Positions 40,210 to 51,469 of a stretch of DNA of 64,000 nucleotides are shown here, piece by piece; position 1 is the first letter of the stretch, and each line of letters opens with the position of its first letter. Position numbers and translations under genes: made by a program. The notes beneath the pieces were generated by a model, which saw only the letters and a list, made by a program, of their open reading frames with translations, ran no database searches and had not been told where the DNA came from. The stretch lies in NCBI GenBank assembly GCA_002269645.1, contig NIVC01002995.1, positions 24,451-88,450 of the forward strand, read 5' to 3'. The DNA is from Macrostomum lignano (lineage: Eukaryota).

Positions 40210-40460
40210 AGTTGGGTCAGCAGTTGGGTCAGCAGTTGGGTCAGCAGTTGGGTCAGCAGTTGGGTCAGCAGTTGGGTCAGCAGTTGGGTCAGCAGTTGGG
40301 TCAGCAGTTGGGTCAGCAGTTGGGTCAGCAGTTGGGTCAGCAGTTGGGTCAGCAGTTGGGTCAGCAGTTGGGTCAGCAGTTGGGTCAGCAGTTGGGTCAG
40401 CAGTTGGGTCAGCAGTTGGGTCAGCAGTTGGGTCAGCAGTTGGGTCAGCAGTTTGGTCAG
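40210..40460. repeat. 12 bp perfect minisatellite (gttgggtcagca)
   Basis: About 20 units abutting the 24 bp array. Confidence 0.96.
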
Positions 40461-40926
40461 CTCCAAAGCGATCACAGGAAAATAATTGTCTATTCCAACT
40501 GACTGACCAATTAAAGTGGAGACAGTCGCTAATGGGGAGCCAAACTTCACTATTGGGGATCATATTTCCCATGGCTAGCGTGTGGGCACTCGGGCGGGTT
40601 GCCATTCCACGAGGGAGGGGCGGTTGGGATAATATTCCCCTAACGTCCGTGGGCGGAGACAACAGGCCACAGTGTTGCGTACAGCATTCTAAGAGTTCAG
40701 TCTATGCCATTGTCTCCGCCTGAGTCTGTTGCGCAAGCAGCTAGTTAATTCTGGGGCTTGGAAACACGGGCTGAGAGTGGGCTGTTCAAAGCAAAACTGT
40801 TTGTTAATTCGCACTATTTTCTGTTTTCTATCAACTTTTCTATTAATAATTTCCCCAACAATTTTTTACACTATAGGACTGTGTTTTACGCTTTTAATTG
40901 GCACCCTTTCAATTTCAAGTTTCGGC

Positions 40927-41625
40927 GCATTTTAACTCTCCTTTCTAGTGCATTTTCACTCTCACTTCTAGTGAATTTTCACTCTCACTTCTAGTGTATT
41001 TTCACTCTCCTTTCTAGTGCATTTTCACTCTCACTTCTAGTGCATTTTCACTCTCCTTTCTAGTGAATTTTCACTCTCCTTTCTAGTGCATTTTCACTCT
41101 CATTTCTAGTGCGTTTTCACACTCACTTCTAGTGCATTTTCACTCTCACTTCTAGTGCATTTTCGCTCTCACTTCTAGTGCATTTTCACTCTCACTTCTA
41201 GTGCATTTTCACTCCCACTTCTAGTGCATTTTCACTCTCACTTCTAGTGCATTTTCGCTCTCACTTCTAGTGCATTTTCGCTCTCACTTCTAGTGCATTT
41301 TCACTCTCACTTCTAGTGCATTTTCACTCCCACTTCTAGTGCATTTTCACTCCCACTTCTAGTGCATTTTCACTCTCACTTCTAGTGCATTTTCGCTCTC
41401 ACTTCTAGTGCATTTTCGCTCTCACTTCTAGTGCGTTTTCACTCTCACTTCTAGTGCATTTTCACTCTCACTTCTAGTGCATTTTCACTCTCACTTCTAG
41501 TGCATTTTCACTCTCACTTCTAGTGCATTTTCACTCTCACTTCTAGTGCATTTTAACTCTCACTTCTAGTGCATTTTCACTCTCACTTCTAGTGCATTTT
41601 CACTCTCACTTCTAGTCCATTTTCG
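40927..41625. repeat. 23 bp minisatellite (ttctagtgcattttcactctcac)
   Basis: About 30 units. Confidence 0.95.
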
Positions 41626-42199
41626 CTTACCTCAAGCGCATTTTCCTCTCCCTGTATTTGCAGATCCCCGAATTTCTACAATCTCTCAAAACCTTTTTTA
41701 TTCTGGTAAAATGAACCCTCACCCATTTGCCGTTTTATTACGGGAAAATTGCCCTCCGCACCTGGGCAGGCAGAGCAAGTTAAAGCAATTATTTTGATTG
41801 ATAAATTTCTTAAATGCCACCTGCAACAGCTTTTTTCGCGAAATTTCTTCGACCGCTCGGTGTTTTATTTTTCTGTTAAGAAAAATAGCATAAAAGTCTT
41901 GACAATCTACTTATTTGACTTGGCCTAGTAGTGCGATGATAACATTGTGTACTTATTTTCATTACTTACTGGGTAAATAGATAAATAGAGAATTCAGAAT
42001 TCATATTTCACACCCTTTCTTAACGCACTTCCTGCCAAGGCACTCGTCCAGTTGCCAACCGGAAATGAACGGGCTGTTGTGAGGCAGATATTTGCTTTCT
42101 GATTTGTAATTTTAGATTTGAGAAGTCGCTCTCAGTCAGTATCCACTTTGCTGTCCATTCTGACTTTTATGGAGATTGATTTCGAGTTTTCTCTCTGTC

Positions 42200-42958
42200 A
42201 GTGAGATTGAGGACCTACTGCCAGTCAGATTGAGGACCTACTGCCAGTCAGATTGAGGACCTACTGCCAGTCAGATTGAGGACCTAATGTCGGTCAGATT
42301 GAGGACCTACTGCCAGTCAGATTGAGGACCTAATGTCGGTCAGATTGAGGACCTACTGTCAGTCAGATTGAGGATCTACTGCCAATCAGATTGAGGACCT
42401 ACTGTTGGTCAGATTGAGGACCTACTGTTGGTCAGATTGAGGACCTACTGTCAGTCAGATTGAGGACCTACTGTTGGTCAGATTGAGGACCTACTGTTGG
42501 TCAGATTGAGGACCTACTGCCAATCAGATTGAGGACCTACTGTTGGTCAGATTGAGGACCTACTGTCAGTCAGATTGAGGACCTACTGCCAGTCAGATTG
42601 AGGACCTACTGTCAGTCAGATTGAGGACCTACTGTCAGTCAGATTGAGGACCTACTGCCAGTCAGATTGAGGACCTACTGTCAGTGAGATTGAGGACCTA
42701 CTGCCAGTCAGATTGAGGACCTACTGCCAGTCAGATTGAGGACCTACTGTCAGTCAGATTGAGGACCTACTGTCAGTCAGATTGAGGACCTACTGCCAGT
42801 CAGATTGAGGACCTACTGTCAGTGAGATTGAGGACCTACTGCCAGTCAGATTGAGGACCTACTGCCAGTCAGATTGAGGACCTACTGTCAGTCAGATTGA
42901 GGACCTACTGTCAGTCAGATTGAGGACCCACTGCCAGTCAGATTGAGGACCTACTGTC
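42200..42958. repeat. 23 bp minisatellite (agtcagattgaggacctactgcc)
   Basis: About 32 units. Confidence 0.95.
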
Positions 42959-43605
42959 GGTGTGATAGTATCACAGCAGTGGGTATTTTCTCGAGGACAC
43001 AGCAAACCGAGGGAGATCCGGGAGGGACACCAGCGCACCAACCACTGGTAATCAAGTGTCAGAAATTGAGTTTTCCCAGCAGGGATTCCCAGCAGTCTCT
43101 GCCTCTCCATCCCGTATCTCCTAATCCCTTGCCGCTTCATTAGTACGAGTCCCGACTGAAATTGGTCAGCAAATTGGGCCTGACCAGGGCTGAGTGGCTG
43201 AAAGAGACTCGCACAGGAGAACTTTCTTCTTCTATTTTCTGCAGCGCTTGCTTAACAGGACGAGTTGTCAGCACAGTAGTTGGGAGGGCTTCCCTTGAGA
43301 GAGGGGCAGCGAGCCTGTTCTTAAATGATGCATGCTGGCTTGATGCAGCTCACACTGCTGTGCCTTTTGCCTCTCTCGGTGTTGCTCGAGGCCCGCTTAT
43401 CGCATTATATATCAGGAATGGCTGAGCCAAAGAGACAAGATTCGCGTGTCAAAGGAAGCGAACGAACCCAAGGCAAGTCTGGGGGCTGCTCTGATGAATT
43501 TTTCAGCGGGCCCGGGGGAGCGGCACGCACTTTGGCTCTTTGCGACTGCGGAGCAGGGTGGCAAAAGGAGCGGGAGGATGGCATGGCAGCAGAGCGATAC
43601 ACAGG

Positions 43606-44650
43606 GGTGAGATAGACATGGGAGAGATAGACATGGGAGAGATAGGCATGGGAGAGATAGGCATGGGAGAGATAGGCATGGGAGAGATAGGCATGGGAGA
43701 GATAGGCATGGGAGAGATAGGCATGGGAGAGATAGGCATGGGAGAGATAGGCATGGGAGAGATAGGCATGGGAGAGATAGGCATGGGAGAGATAGGCATG
43801 GAGAGATAGGCATGGGAGAGATAGGCATGGGAGAGATAGGCATGGGAGAGATAGACATGGGAGAGATAGGCATGGGAGAGATAGACATGGGAGAGATAGA
43901 CATGGGAGAGATAGACATGGGAGAGATAGACATGGGAGAGATAGACATGGGAGAGATAGACATGGGAGAGATAGACATGGGAGAGATAGACATGGGAGAG
44001 ATAGACATGGGAGAGATAGACATGGGAGAGATAGACATGGGAGAGATAGACATGGGAGAGATAGACATGGGAGAGATAGACATGGGAGAGATAGACATGG
44101 GAGAGATAGACATGGGAGAGATAGACATGGGAGAGATAGACATGGGAGAGATAGACATGGGAGAGATAGACATGGGAGAGATAGACATGGGAGAGATAGA
44201 CATGGGAGAGATAGACATGGGAGAGATAGACATGGGAGAGATAGACATGGGAGAGATAGACATGGGAGAGATAGACATGGAGAGATAGACATGGGAGAGA
44301 TAGACATGGGAGAGATAGACATGGGAGAGATAGACATGGGAGAGATAGACATGGGAGGGATAGACATGGGAGAGATAGACATGGGAGAGATAGACATGGG
44401 AGAGATAGGCATGGGAGAGATAGACATGGGAGAGATAGGCATGGGGGAGATAGACATGGGAGAGATAGACATGGGAGAGATAGGCATGGGAGAGATAGAC
44501 ATGGGAGAGATAGACATGGGAGAGATAGGCATGGGAGAGATAGACATGGGAGAGATAGGCATGGGAGAGATAGACATGGGGGAGATAGACATGGGAGAGA
44601 TAGACATGGGAGAGATAGACATGGGAGAGATAGACATGGGAGAGATAGAC
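43606..44650. repeat. 15 bp minisatellite (gggagagatagacat)
   Basis: About 69 units, ending about 200 bp before the CUB gene ATG. Confidence 0.96.
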
Positions 44651-44850
44651 GGAGTCGGAGATCTGTGGGGTCTGTGGCGCCCCCCAGCCAGCTCACAATC
44701 CAGGCCGCTCTGCAGTCCGAAGTGCAGCTGAGGCGCCACCCAATGCCAGCCAATAGGCGGAGGCCAAGCTATTCGAGAGACCTGCTTTTAGAAATTTGCC
44801 AACTCAGCGTGAGAAGACTGGGGAGTCTTCCGGAGAGAACAGTGGTTTCC

Positions 44851-45874
44851 ATGGCAACACAGCTGGTTGCGCTGCCGCTGCTCATCCTGGGCGCCGCGGC
44901 GGCTTCGGCGAAGCTTCTGACGCTGCCAGCACGCGGGGGTGCCTGCTGGGCACTCCTGCAGTCTCCCGGCTTCTTGTCAGGCCGACCCTACCCCACCACG
45001 CCCGGCCTGCCGCCTCAAGTATGGCAGATTCGAAACCGCGACCTTACCAGCCCAGTAGTAGCCGACTTTACCGACCTGCAGCTGCACCCGGCCTCCAGGC
45101 TGGAGATCTTCGATGGCGACCCGGTGAACTTCCGGCTGGCGAGGTCGGCCCGGCTGCTGCGGCGATACGAGGCCGGGGCCGACAACTCGCAGCGGCAGCG
45201 GCTGCTGGCCGACGGCACCGGCATCCTGACTGTCCTCTTCCACGCACTCGACCCCGACGGTGCGCTGGCGGACATCCGAGACTCGGCGCCGTCGTTGGGC
45301 TTCCAGTTGAATGTCTCGACAGCGGTGCTGGAGGCCGAAAATGGCTCAACGACGTCGATGGTGACTCAGTGCGGCTGGCCAGCGGTGGTTGCTACGGGGA
45401 ACTCCTCCAGCGGCGGCGCCTGGCTGTTCTTGGCGACGCCTCCATCGGCGACAAGATTCGATTGCGTCTGGCTGCTTCGCCCGCTGCCGGCAGCCGCGGA
45501 GCTGCTGGCGGATGCCGGCTTCGACAGCCAGTTTGAGCTGGAGGCGCGGGCCGGCCCGACATCGGCGTCGCCGCGGCTGCCGGTGCAGCTGCGACACCAA
45601 ACTACCGGCGTCGTTGCCTCGGTGGCGCTCGGAGTTGCTGAGCCCCCGCTGCCAGCTGTTTATCTCCGACTGCGAGGCCGCTGCAACCAACAGGCCGGCC
45701 GCTGCCTCCGCCTGCGGTACCGCCTGGACCCAGCAGCCGCGGTCAGCGGGCCGTGCACCGGGCCGGCGCCAGTGAACCTCTGCCCGGATGGCGACAGCAG
45801 CTGGAGCTGCGTGCCGCTGAACCGGACCTGCCCGAGGAGGCCCGCAACGGAGCCGCCAACTTCAAAGAAGGCTT

Positions 45875-45912
<38 letters not shown>

Positions 45913-46559
45913 AGTTTTTCCGGCTTCGACGAAACCGACGGCTCGAATTCGCGGACAGTCGGCGTCGCCGGGACCCGCACTATCTCGGCCGCCTGAACGC
46001 CGTGGTGGCCGCGACCTCCTCGCTGCTGCTGGCCCTCGGGCTCGGCCTGCTGATCCTGTGGACCCGGGCTCGCCGCCTGAGGGCAGCCGCCGCCGCGGCC
46101 GGCACTCCGTCCTCTGCCGACGTAGTAGCCGACGGTGGCGTCGGCGGCATCAACCGCTCCGAAACGATCGTCAGCAGCCTGCTGGCCGCGATTCGGCGGC
46201 CGCCGACTCCGCCTCCAGCCTACTCCGAGGCATGCGGCGGAACTGGCACCGGAAACTGGGCCGGAAACGGAAATGGATTCGAAAGCGGAACTAGAACCGG
46301 AACCGGAACAGGAACCGAAACTGGAGCCCAAATCTGGACGAGAAACGGAACTGGAACCGGAACCGGAACCGGAACCCAAATCTGGATGAGAAATGAGACA
46401 GGAACCGAAACTGGAACCGGAACCGGAACCGGAACCCGAACTGGAACCGGAGCCGGAACCGGAATTGGAAGCGAGTCCACGGAACCAATGCTAACAGAAA
46501 GACAATCGCAGTATTTAAACTCAAGCATCAATTCAGTTTTTAATCGCAGTTCGATATGA
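44851..46559 (+). CDS. Single-exon type I membrane protein: signal peptide, two CUB-like domains, truncated LDLa-like Cys cluster, TM helix, PPxY motif and Thr-Gly tail (NETO/LDLRAD-like); about 569 aa after repairing a frameshift near 45970-45976
   Basis: Signal peptide MATQLVALPLLILGAAAASA. CUB hallmarks SPGF..YP, WQI, FTDLQL, LEIFDG and LTVLFH. A second unit runs CG...CVWLL. Cys cluster CTGPAPVNLCPDGDSSWSCVPLNRTC. The hydrophobic segment AVVAATSSLLLALGLGLLILW lies in the second frame (ORF 45753-46559), followed by PPAY. Confidence 0.78.
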
Positions 46560-46807
46560 TTTGCAATTTTATTCAAAAGGCTGCTTTGATGTAAAAATGA
46601 AAATTTGCGCTCCCTCTGTCACTGAAAACAAATTCTGCAAAATTGTTTGGATTATTAGATTAAAGTAATTCCTTTACATGAGATAACTTTTACTTTCACT
46701 TTGATTTAAGTTTAAGGTTGAACACTCGCTCACACAGGGAGTGTGTGAGCATAGCGGTCCTGACTTTCACATCGTAAGTTGAGGTCAAATATAGTTGAAC
46801 AGAAACT

Positions 46808-47140
46808 GTAGGTCATAGACCATAGGTCATCGACTATAGGTCATAGACCATAGGTCATAGACCATAGGTCATAGACCATAGGTCATAGACCATAGGTCAT
46901 AGACCATAGGTCATAGACCATAGGTCATAGACCATAGGTCATAGACCATAGGTCATAGACCATAGGTCATAGACCATAGGTCATAGACCATAGGTCATAG
47001 ACCATAGGTCATAGACCATAGGTCATAGACCATAGGTCATAGACCATAGGTCATAGGCCATAGGTCATAGACCATAGGTCATAGACCATAGGTCATAGAC
47101 CATAGGTCATAGACCATAGACCATAGACCATAGGCCATAG
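46808..47140. repeat. 14 bp minisatellite (aggtcatagaccat)
   Basis: 22 AGGTCA-containing units, from 46810 to 47109. Confidence 0.96.
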
Positions 47141-47635
47141 ACAGTGGAAGCTTGCTCCAGACTCGAAGAGATTAGAAAAAGAGCAAGTTTCCCCAATTGC
47201 AATAATATTCAGTTACTCAACTGGAAGGCGGTGACCACGAAAAGTTCAAATCGATTTTCAGCCCTCAATCCCAGGGGAAATTTGGCCAGTGTGAAAATTT
47301 CGAGTCCCAGTCAACCTCGATTCGAGTTTGACTAACATAAATGCTCCCCAAAACCTTTGAGCAGTCAGTCAACAAACCAATGGTTCTCAGTCATTTACTT
47401 TCCCCTCTGTTCTCGGCCTTTCTCGGGGATAAAAATCCCATCCCCCCCCCCGAGATTCGTATTTCCCCGAGAGAGGCGACTGCTGTTGCTTCTGAACCCC
47501 CTGCCGTGATTGATGCTGTTAGCGAGGAGCGGGCGAAGAGAGATTGGGGGCAACTTGGCAAATAGAAATTCTGCGAGAGTTGCATACAAATTAACTGGGT
47601 AGAAGGCAGGAGGAACTGCTGCTGAGATCGCGATA

Positions 47636-48315
47636 GGAGAGAGATGGGGTGAGGGAGATGGGGTGAGGGAGAGGGGGTGAGGGAGATGGGGTGAGGGAGA
47701 TGGGGTGAGGGAGATGGGGTGAGGGAGAGGGAGATGAGGGAGAGGGAGATGAGGGAGAGGGAGATGAGGGAGAGGGAGATGGGGTGAGGGAGAGGGAGAT
47801 GAGGGAGAGGGAGATGAGAGAGATGGGGTGAGGGAGATGGGGGGAGGGTGAGGGAGATGAGGGAGATAGGGTGAGAGAGATGAGGGAAAGGGAGATGAGG
47901 GAGAGGGGATGAGGGAGAGGGAGATGAGGGAGATAGGGTGAGAGAGATGAGGGAAAGGGAGATGAGGGAGAGGGGGATGAGGGAGAGGGAGATGAGGGAG
48001 AGGGAGATGGATGAGGGAGATGGGTGAGTGAGATGGGTGAGTGAGATGGGGTGAGTAAGATGGGTGAGGGAGATGGGGTGAGGGAGATGGGGTGAGGGAG
48101 ATGGGTGAGGGAGATGGGGGAGTGAGATGGGGTGAGTAAGATGGGTGAGGGAGATGGGGTGAGGGAGATGGGTGAGGGAGATGGGTGAGGGAGATGGGGT
48201 GAGGGAGATGGGTGAGGGAGATGGGTGAGGGAGATGGGGTGAGGGAGATGGGTGAGGGAGATGGGGTGAGGGAGATGGGTGAGGGAGATGGGGTGAGGGA
48301 GATGTGTGAGGGAGA
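47636..48315. repeat. Purine-rich 14-15 bp degenerate minisatellite (gggtgagggagatg)
   Basis: Direct reading. Confidence 0.92.
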
Positions 48316-48989
48316 GGAAGTCGCAGTGAGGGAGACACACCGATAAAAAGCCAATAGAATCCCATGCAGGCTCATCACACAGCCTCCCGCACCTTGAGAA
48401 CAAAGAGTTGGCAGTCAGTAAGTAAGATTTTAGCAGATCTCAGTAGGGGATATCCAGCCATAGGGAGAAGTTGAGCATCGGTTAAAGCTGGAGCTCAATC
48501 TGTGTAGCTGGAGCTCAGTCTGTCCCGGACACTACTGAGACTTTAATGCAGATACGGAGAGAGAAGGAGCAACGGAGAGATTGAGAGACATTCGGAACCG
48601 GGCTTCGCGTGCTCGAAGGGCTGAAGCAAGAGAGGGTACTATTTGGTATCCGAGGCTCTGAGAGCATTCCTCAGCTGAGAGTTTGAGCAGCCTGAGCAGA
48701 GCAGCTAATTAATGCCTAATTGTGCGACTTGCAGTGCACTTTCTGACTGACCCCCCGCCAGCCCGAAACAGGATATCTCAGTGCCGGCCGCTGGGGGCAG
48801 AGAGTCATGGATGGCTGGTGGGCGAGAGTAACCAACTGTCTTCTCAATTAGTATTTGTGCGCATATGCGTACTCGTTTATAGTAATATATGCATCACCAT
48901 ATTTATGTGAGGATCAATAAACTTTATAGTAACGGCTTATTCCCATTTAGTAGGGTGCAGTAGGGGATGCACTGGGCCACATTTATTGT

Positions 48990-49632
48990 CAGGAGTGCCA
49001 TTTCTACAATTAGGAGTGCCATTTTTACAATCAGGAGTGCCATTTTTTACAATCAGGAGTGCCATTTTTACAATCAGGAGTGCCATTTTTTACAATCCAG
49101 AGTGCCATTTTTACAATTAGGAGTGCCATTTTTACAATCAGGAGTGCCATTTTTACAATTAGGAGTGCCATTTTTACAATTAGGAGTGCCATTTTTACAA
49201 TTAGGAGTGCCATTTTCACAATTAGGAGTGCCATTTTTACAATTAGGAGTGCCATTTTTACAATTAGGAGTGCCATTTTTACAATCAGGAGTGCCATTTT
49301 CACAATTAGGAGTGCAGTTTTTACAATTAGGAGTGCCATTTTTACCATCAGGAGTGCCATTTTTACAATCAGGAGTGCCATTTTTACAATTAGGAGTGCC
49401 ATTTTTACAATTAGGAGTGCAGTTTTTACAATTAGGAGTGCCATTTTACAATCAGGAGTGCCATTTTTACAATCAGGAGTGCCATTTTACAATCAGGAGT
49501 GCCATTTTTACAATCAGGAGTGCCATTTTTACAATCAGGAGTGCCGTTTTTACAATCAGGAGTGCCATTTTTACAATCAGGAGTGCCATTTTTACAATCA
49601 GGAGTGCCATTTTCACTATCAGGAGTGCCATT
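48990..49632. repeat. 21 bp minisatellite (aggagtgccatttttacaatc)
   Basis: About 30 units. Confidence 0.95.
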
Positions 49633-49961
49633 TAAGATCAGGCAGTGAGCCGTCTGGAGAATAAAATTGATTCCCACGCAAAGATACGCGAGGAGCTCAT
49701 CAGACGGTAGCAAAGTATTTATGGAATTATTTACTGGGCCATAGAAGGACGCAGAGGAGCAAAGCAGTTATAAATTAATAACCAGGCTGCCGGACCTGCT
49801 GGCGAATGTGCGTGCTCGTGTTGGATCGATTTCTAAGAATTCCTCTTCCCGTCCTAAACTTGAGACGCAAAAAACCCAGGCAGATAAAATCCTAATCCAT
49901 TAAGGTAGCAGCGTGCACTGATTGCTACCTTTCAAAGTGGGGGCGACAGTGAGAGTCAGGA

Positions 49962-50915
49962 AGAAGACATGGAAAATCAGGAGGAGACATGGAGAGTCAG
50001 GAGGGAGACATGGAGAGTCAGGAGGGAGACATGGAGAGTCAGGAGGGAGACATGGAGAGTCAGGAGGGAGACATGAAGAGTCAGGAAAAAAGCCCATGAG
50101 AGCCAGGAGGAGACATTGAGAGTCAGTAGGGAGACATAGAGAGTCAGGAGGGAGACATGGAGAGTCAGGAAGAAGACATAGAGAGTCAGAAGGAGACATG
50201 GAGAGTCAGGAAGAAGACATGGAGAGTCAGGAGGGAGACATGGAGAGTCAGGAAGAAGACATGGAGAGTCAGGAGGGAGACATGGAGAGTCAGGAGGGAG
50301 ACATAGAGAGTCAGGAGGGAGACATGGAGAGTCAGGAGGGAGACAAGGAGAGTCAGGAGGAGACATGGAGAGTCAGGAGGGAGACAGGGAGAGTCAGAAG
50401 GAGACATAAAGAGTAAGGAGGGAGACATAGAGAGTCAGGAAGAAGACAGGGAGAGTCAGGAGGGAGACAGGGAGAGTCAGGAGGGAGACAAGGAGAGTCA
50501 GGAGGAGACATGGAGAGTCAGGAGGGAGACAGGGAGAGTCAGAAGGAGACATAAAGAGTAAGGAGGGAGACATAGAGAGTCAGGAAGAAGACAGGGAGAG
50601 TCAGGAGGGAGACAGGGAGAGTCAGGAGGGAGACAAGGAGAGTCAGAAGGAGACATGGAGAGTCAGGAGGGAGACAGGGAGAGTCAGAAGGAGACATAAA
50701 GAGTCAGGAGGAGACATGGAGAGTCAGTAGGGAGACATGGAGAGTCAGAAGGAGACATAAAGAGTCAGGAGGAGACATAGAGAGTCAGGGGGAGACATGG
50801 AGAGTCAGAAGGGAGACATGGAGAGTCAGGAGGAGACATAGAGAGTCAGGGGAGTGGCACATGGAGAGTCAGTAGGGAGACATGGATAGTCAGGAGAGTG
50901 GCACATGGAGAGTCA
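49962..50915. repeat. 20-21 bp purine-rich minisatellite (gagagtcaggagggagacatg)
   Basis: About 45 units with block duplications. Confidence 0.94.
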
Positions 50916-51469
50916 GATGTTGAAGCTGAGACCCTATTTGAGCTAACTATTGAATATACATGTAGCAAATATTGCAGCATCAAGCAAGCACTGCCTCAAA
51001 ATGCTTATTTAGTGAAATGCCTACCCAGAATACGCACACAGTCGCAGGTTAAACTTAGGCAGCACTGTTAGCACCCAGATTTAGTCAATTTAGCATTTAG
51101 CGCTGAATTCTTATCTTTCCGTTTCATTCCAACTTGCACGTCGAGTCGAGTCAGATTGTAAAGTGAATGGAAAACTACCAGAAACGATCGCACCTGGCTT
51201 CTTGTCACTCGCTGCTGTACAGCCCCGATGACTGAGACCCTCCTCTTGACCTTGGACTGCGTTAGAATCAGAAATGCTTTAGCCTGAGCATAGGAGGCGG
51301 AGTGTGCAGAGTCGCACCTTGGGGTGTTATCTCAAATCCGCACCCACCCCAGCCCCAGGCGGCTCTGCATTATCAAGACCGAGAGCAGGAGCCTCCTGAC
51401 TGCTGCTTTACTTCTGAGGCCTTGGGTCACTGTGCTGCTCACAGCTTCAGCCCACAGCTCAGGCTCGAC

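Noticed and set aside
46715-46800. Small hairpin (gctcacac...gtgtgagc) as a tRNA, SINE or Helitron end
   Set aside because: No A/B boxes, cloverleaf or supporting element structure.
51302-51469. N-terminal extension of SLC26 in the ORF track
   Set aside because: It starts at GTG; the first ATG at 51470 gives a normal eukaryotic start.
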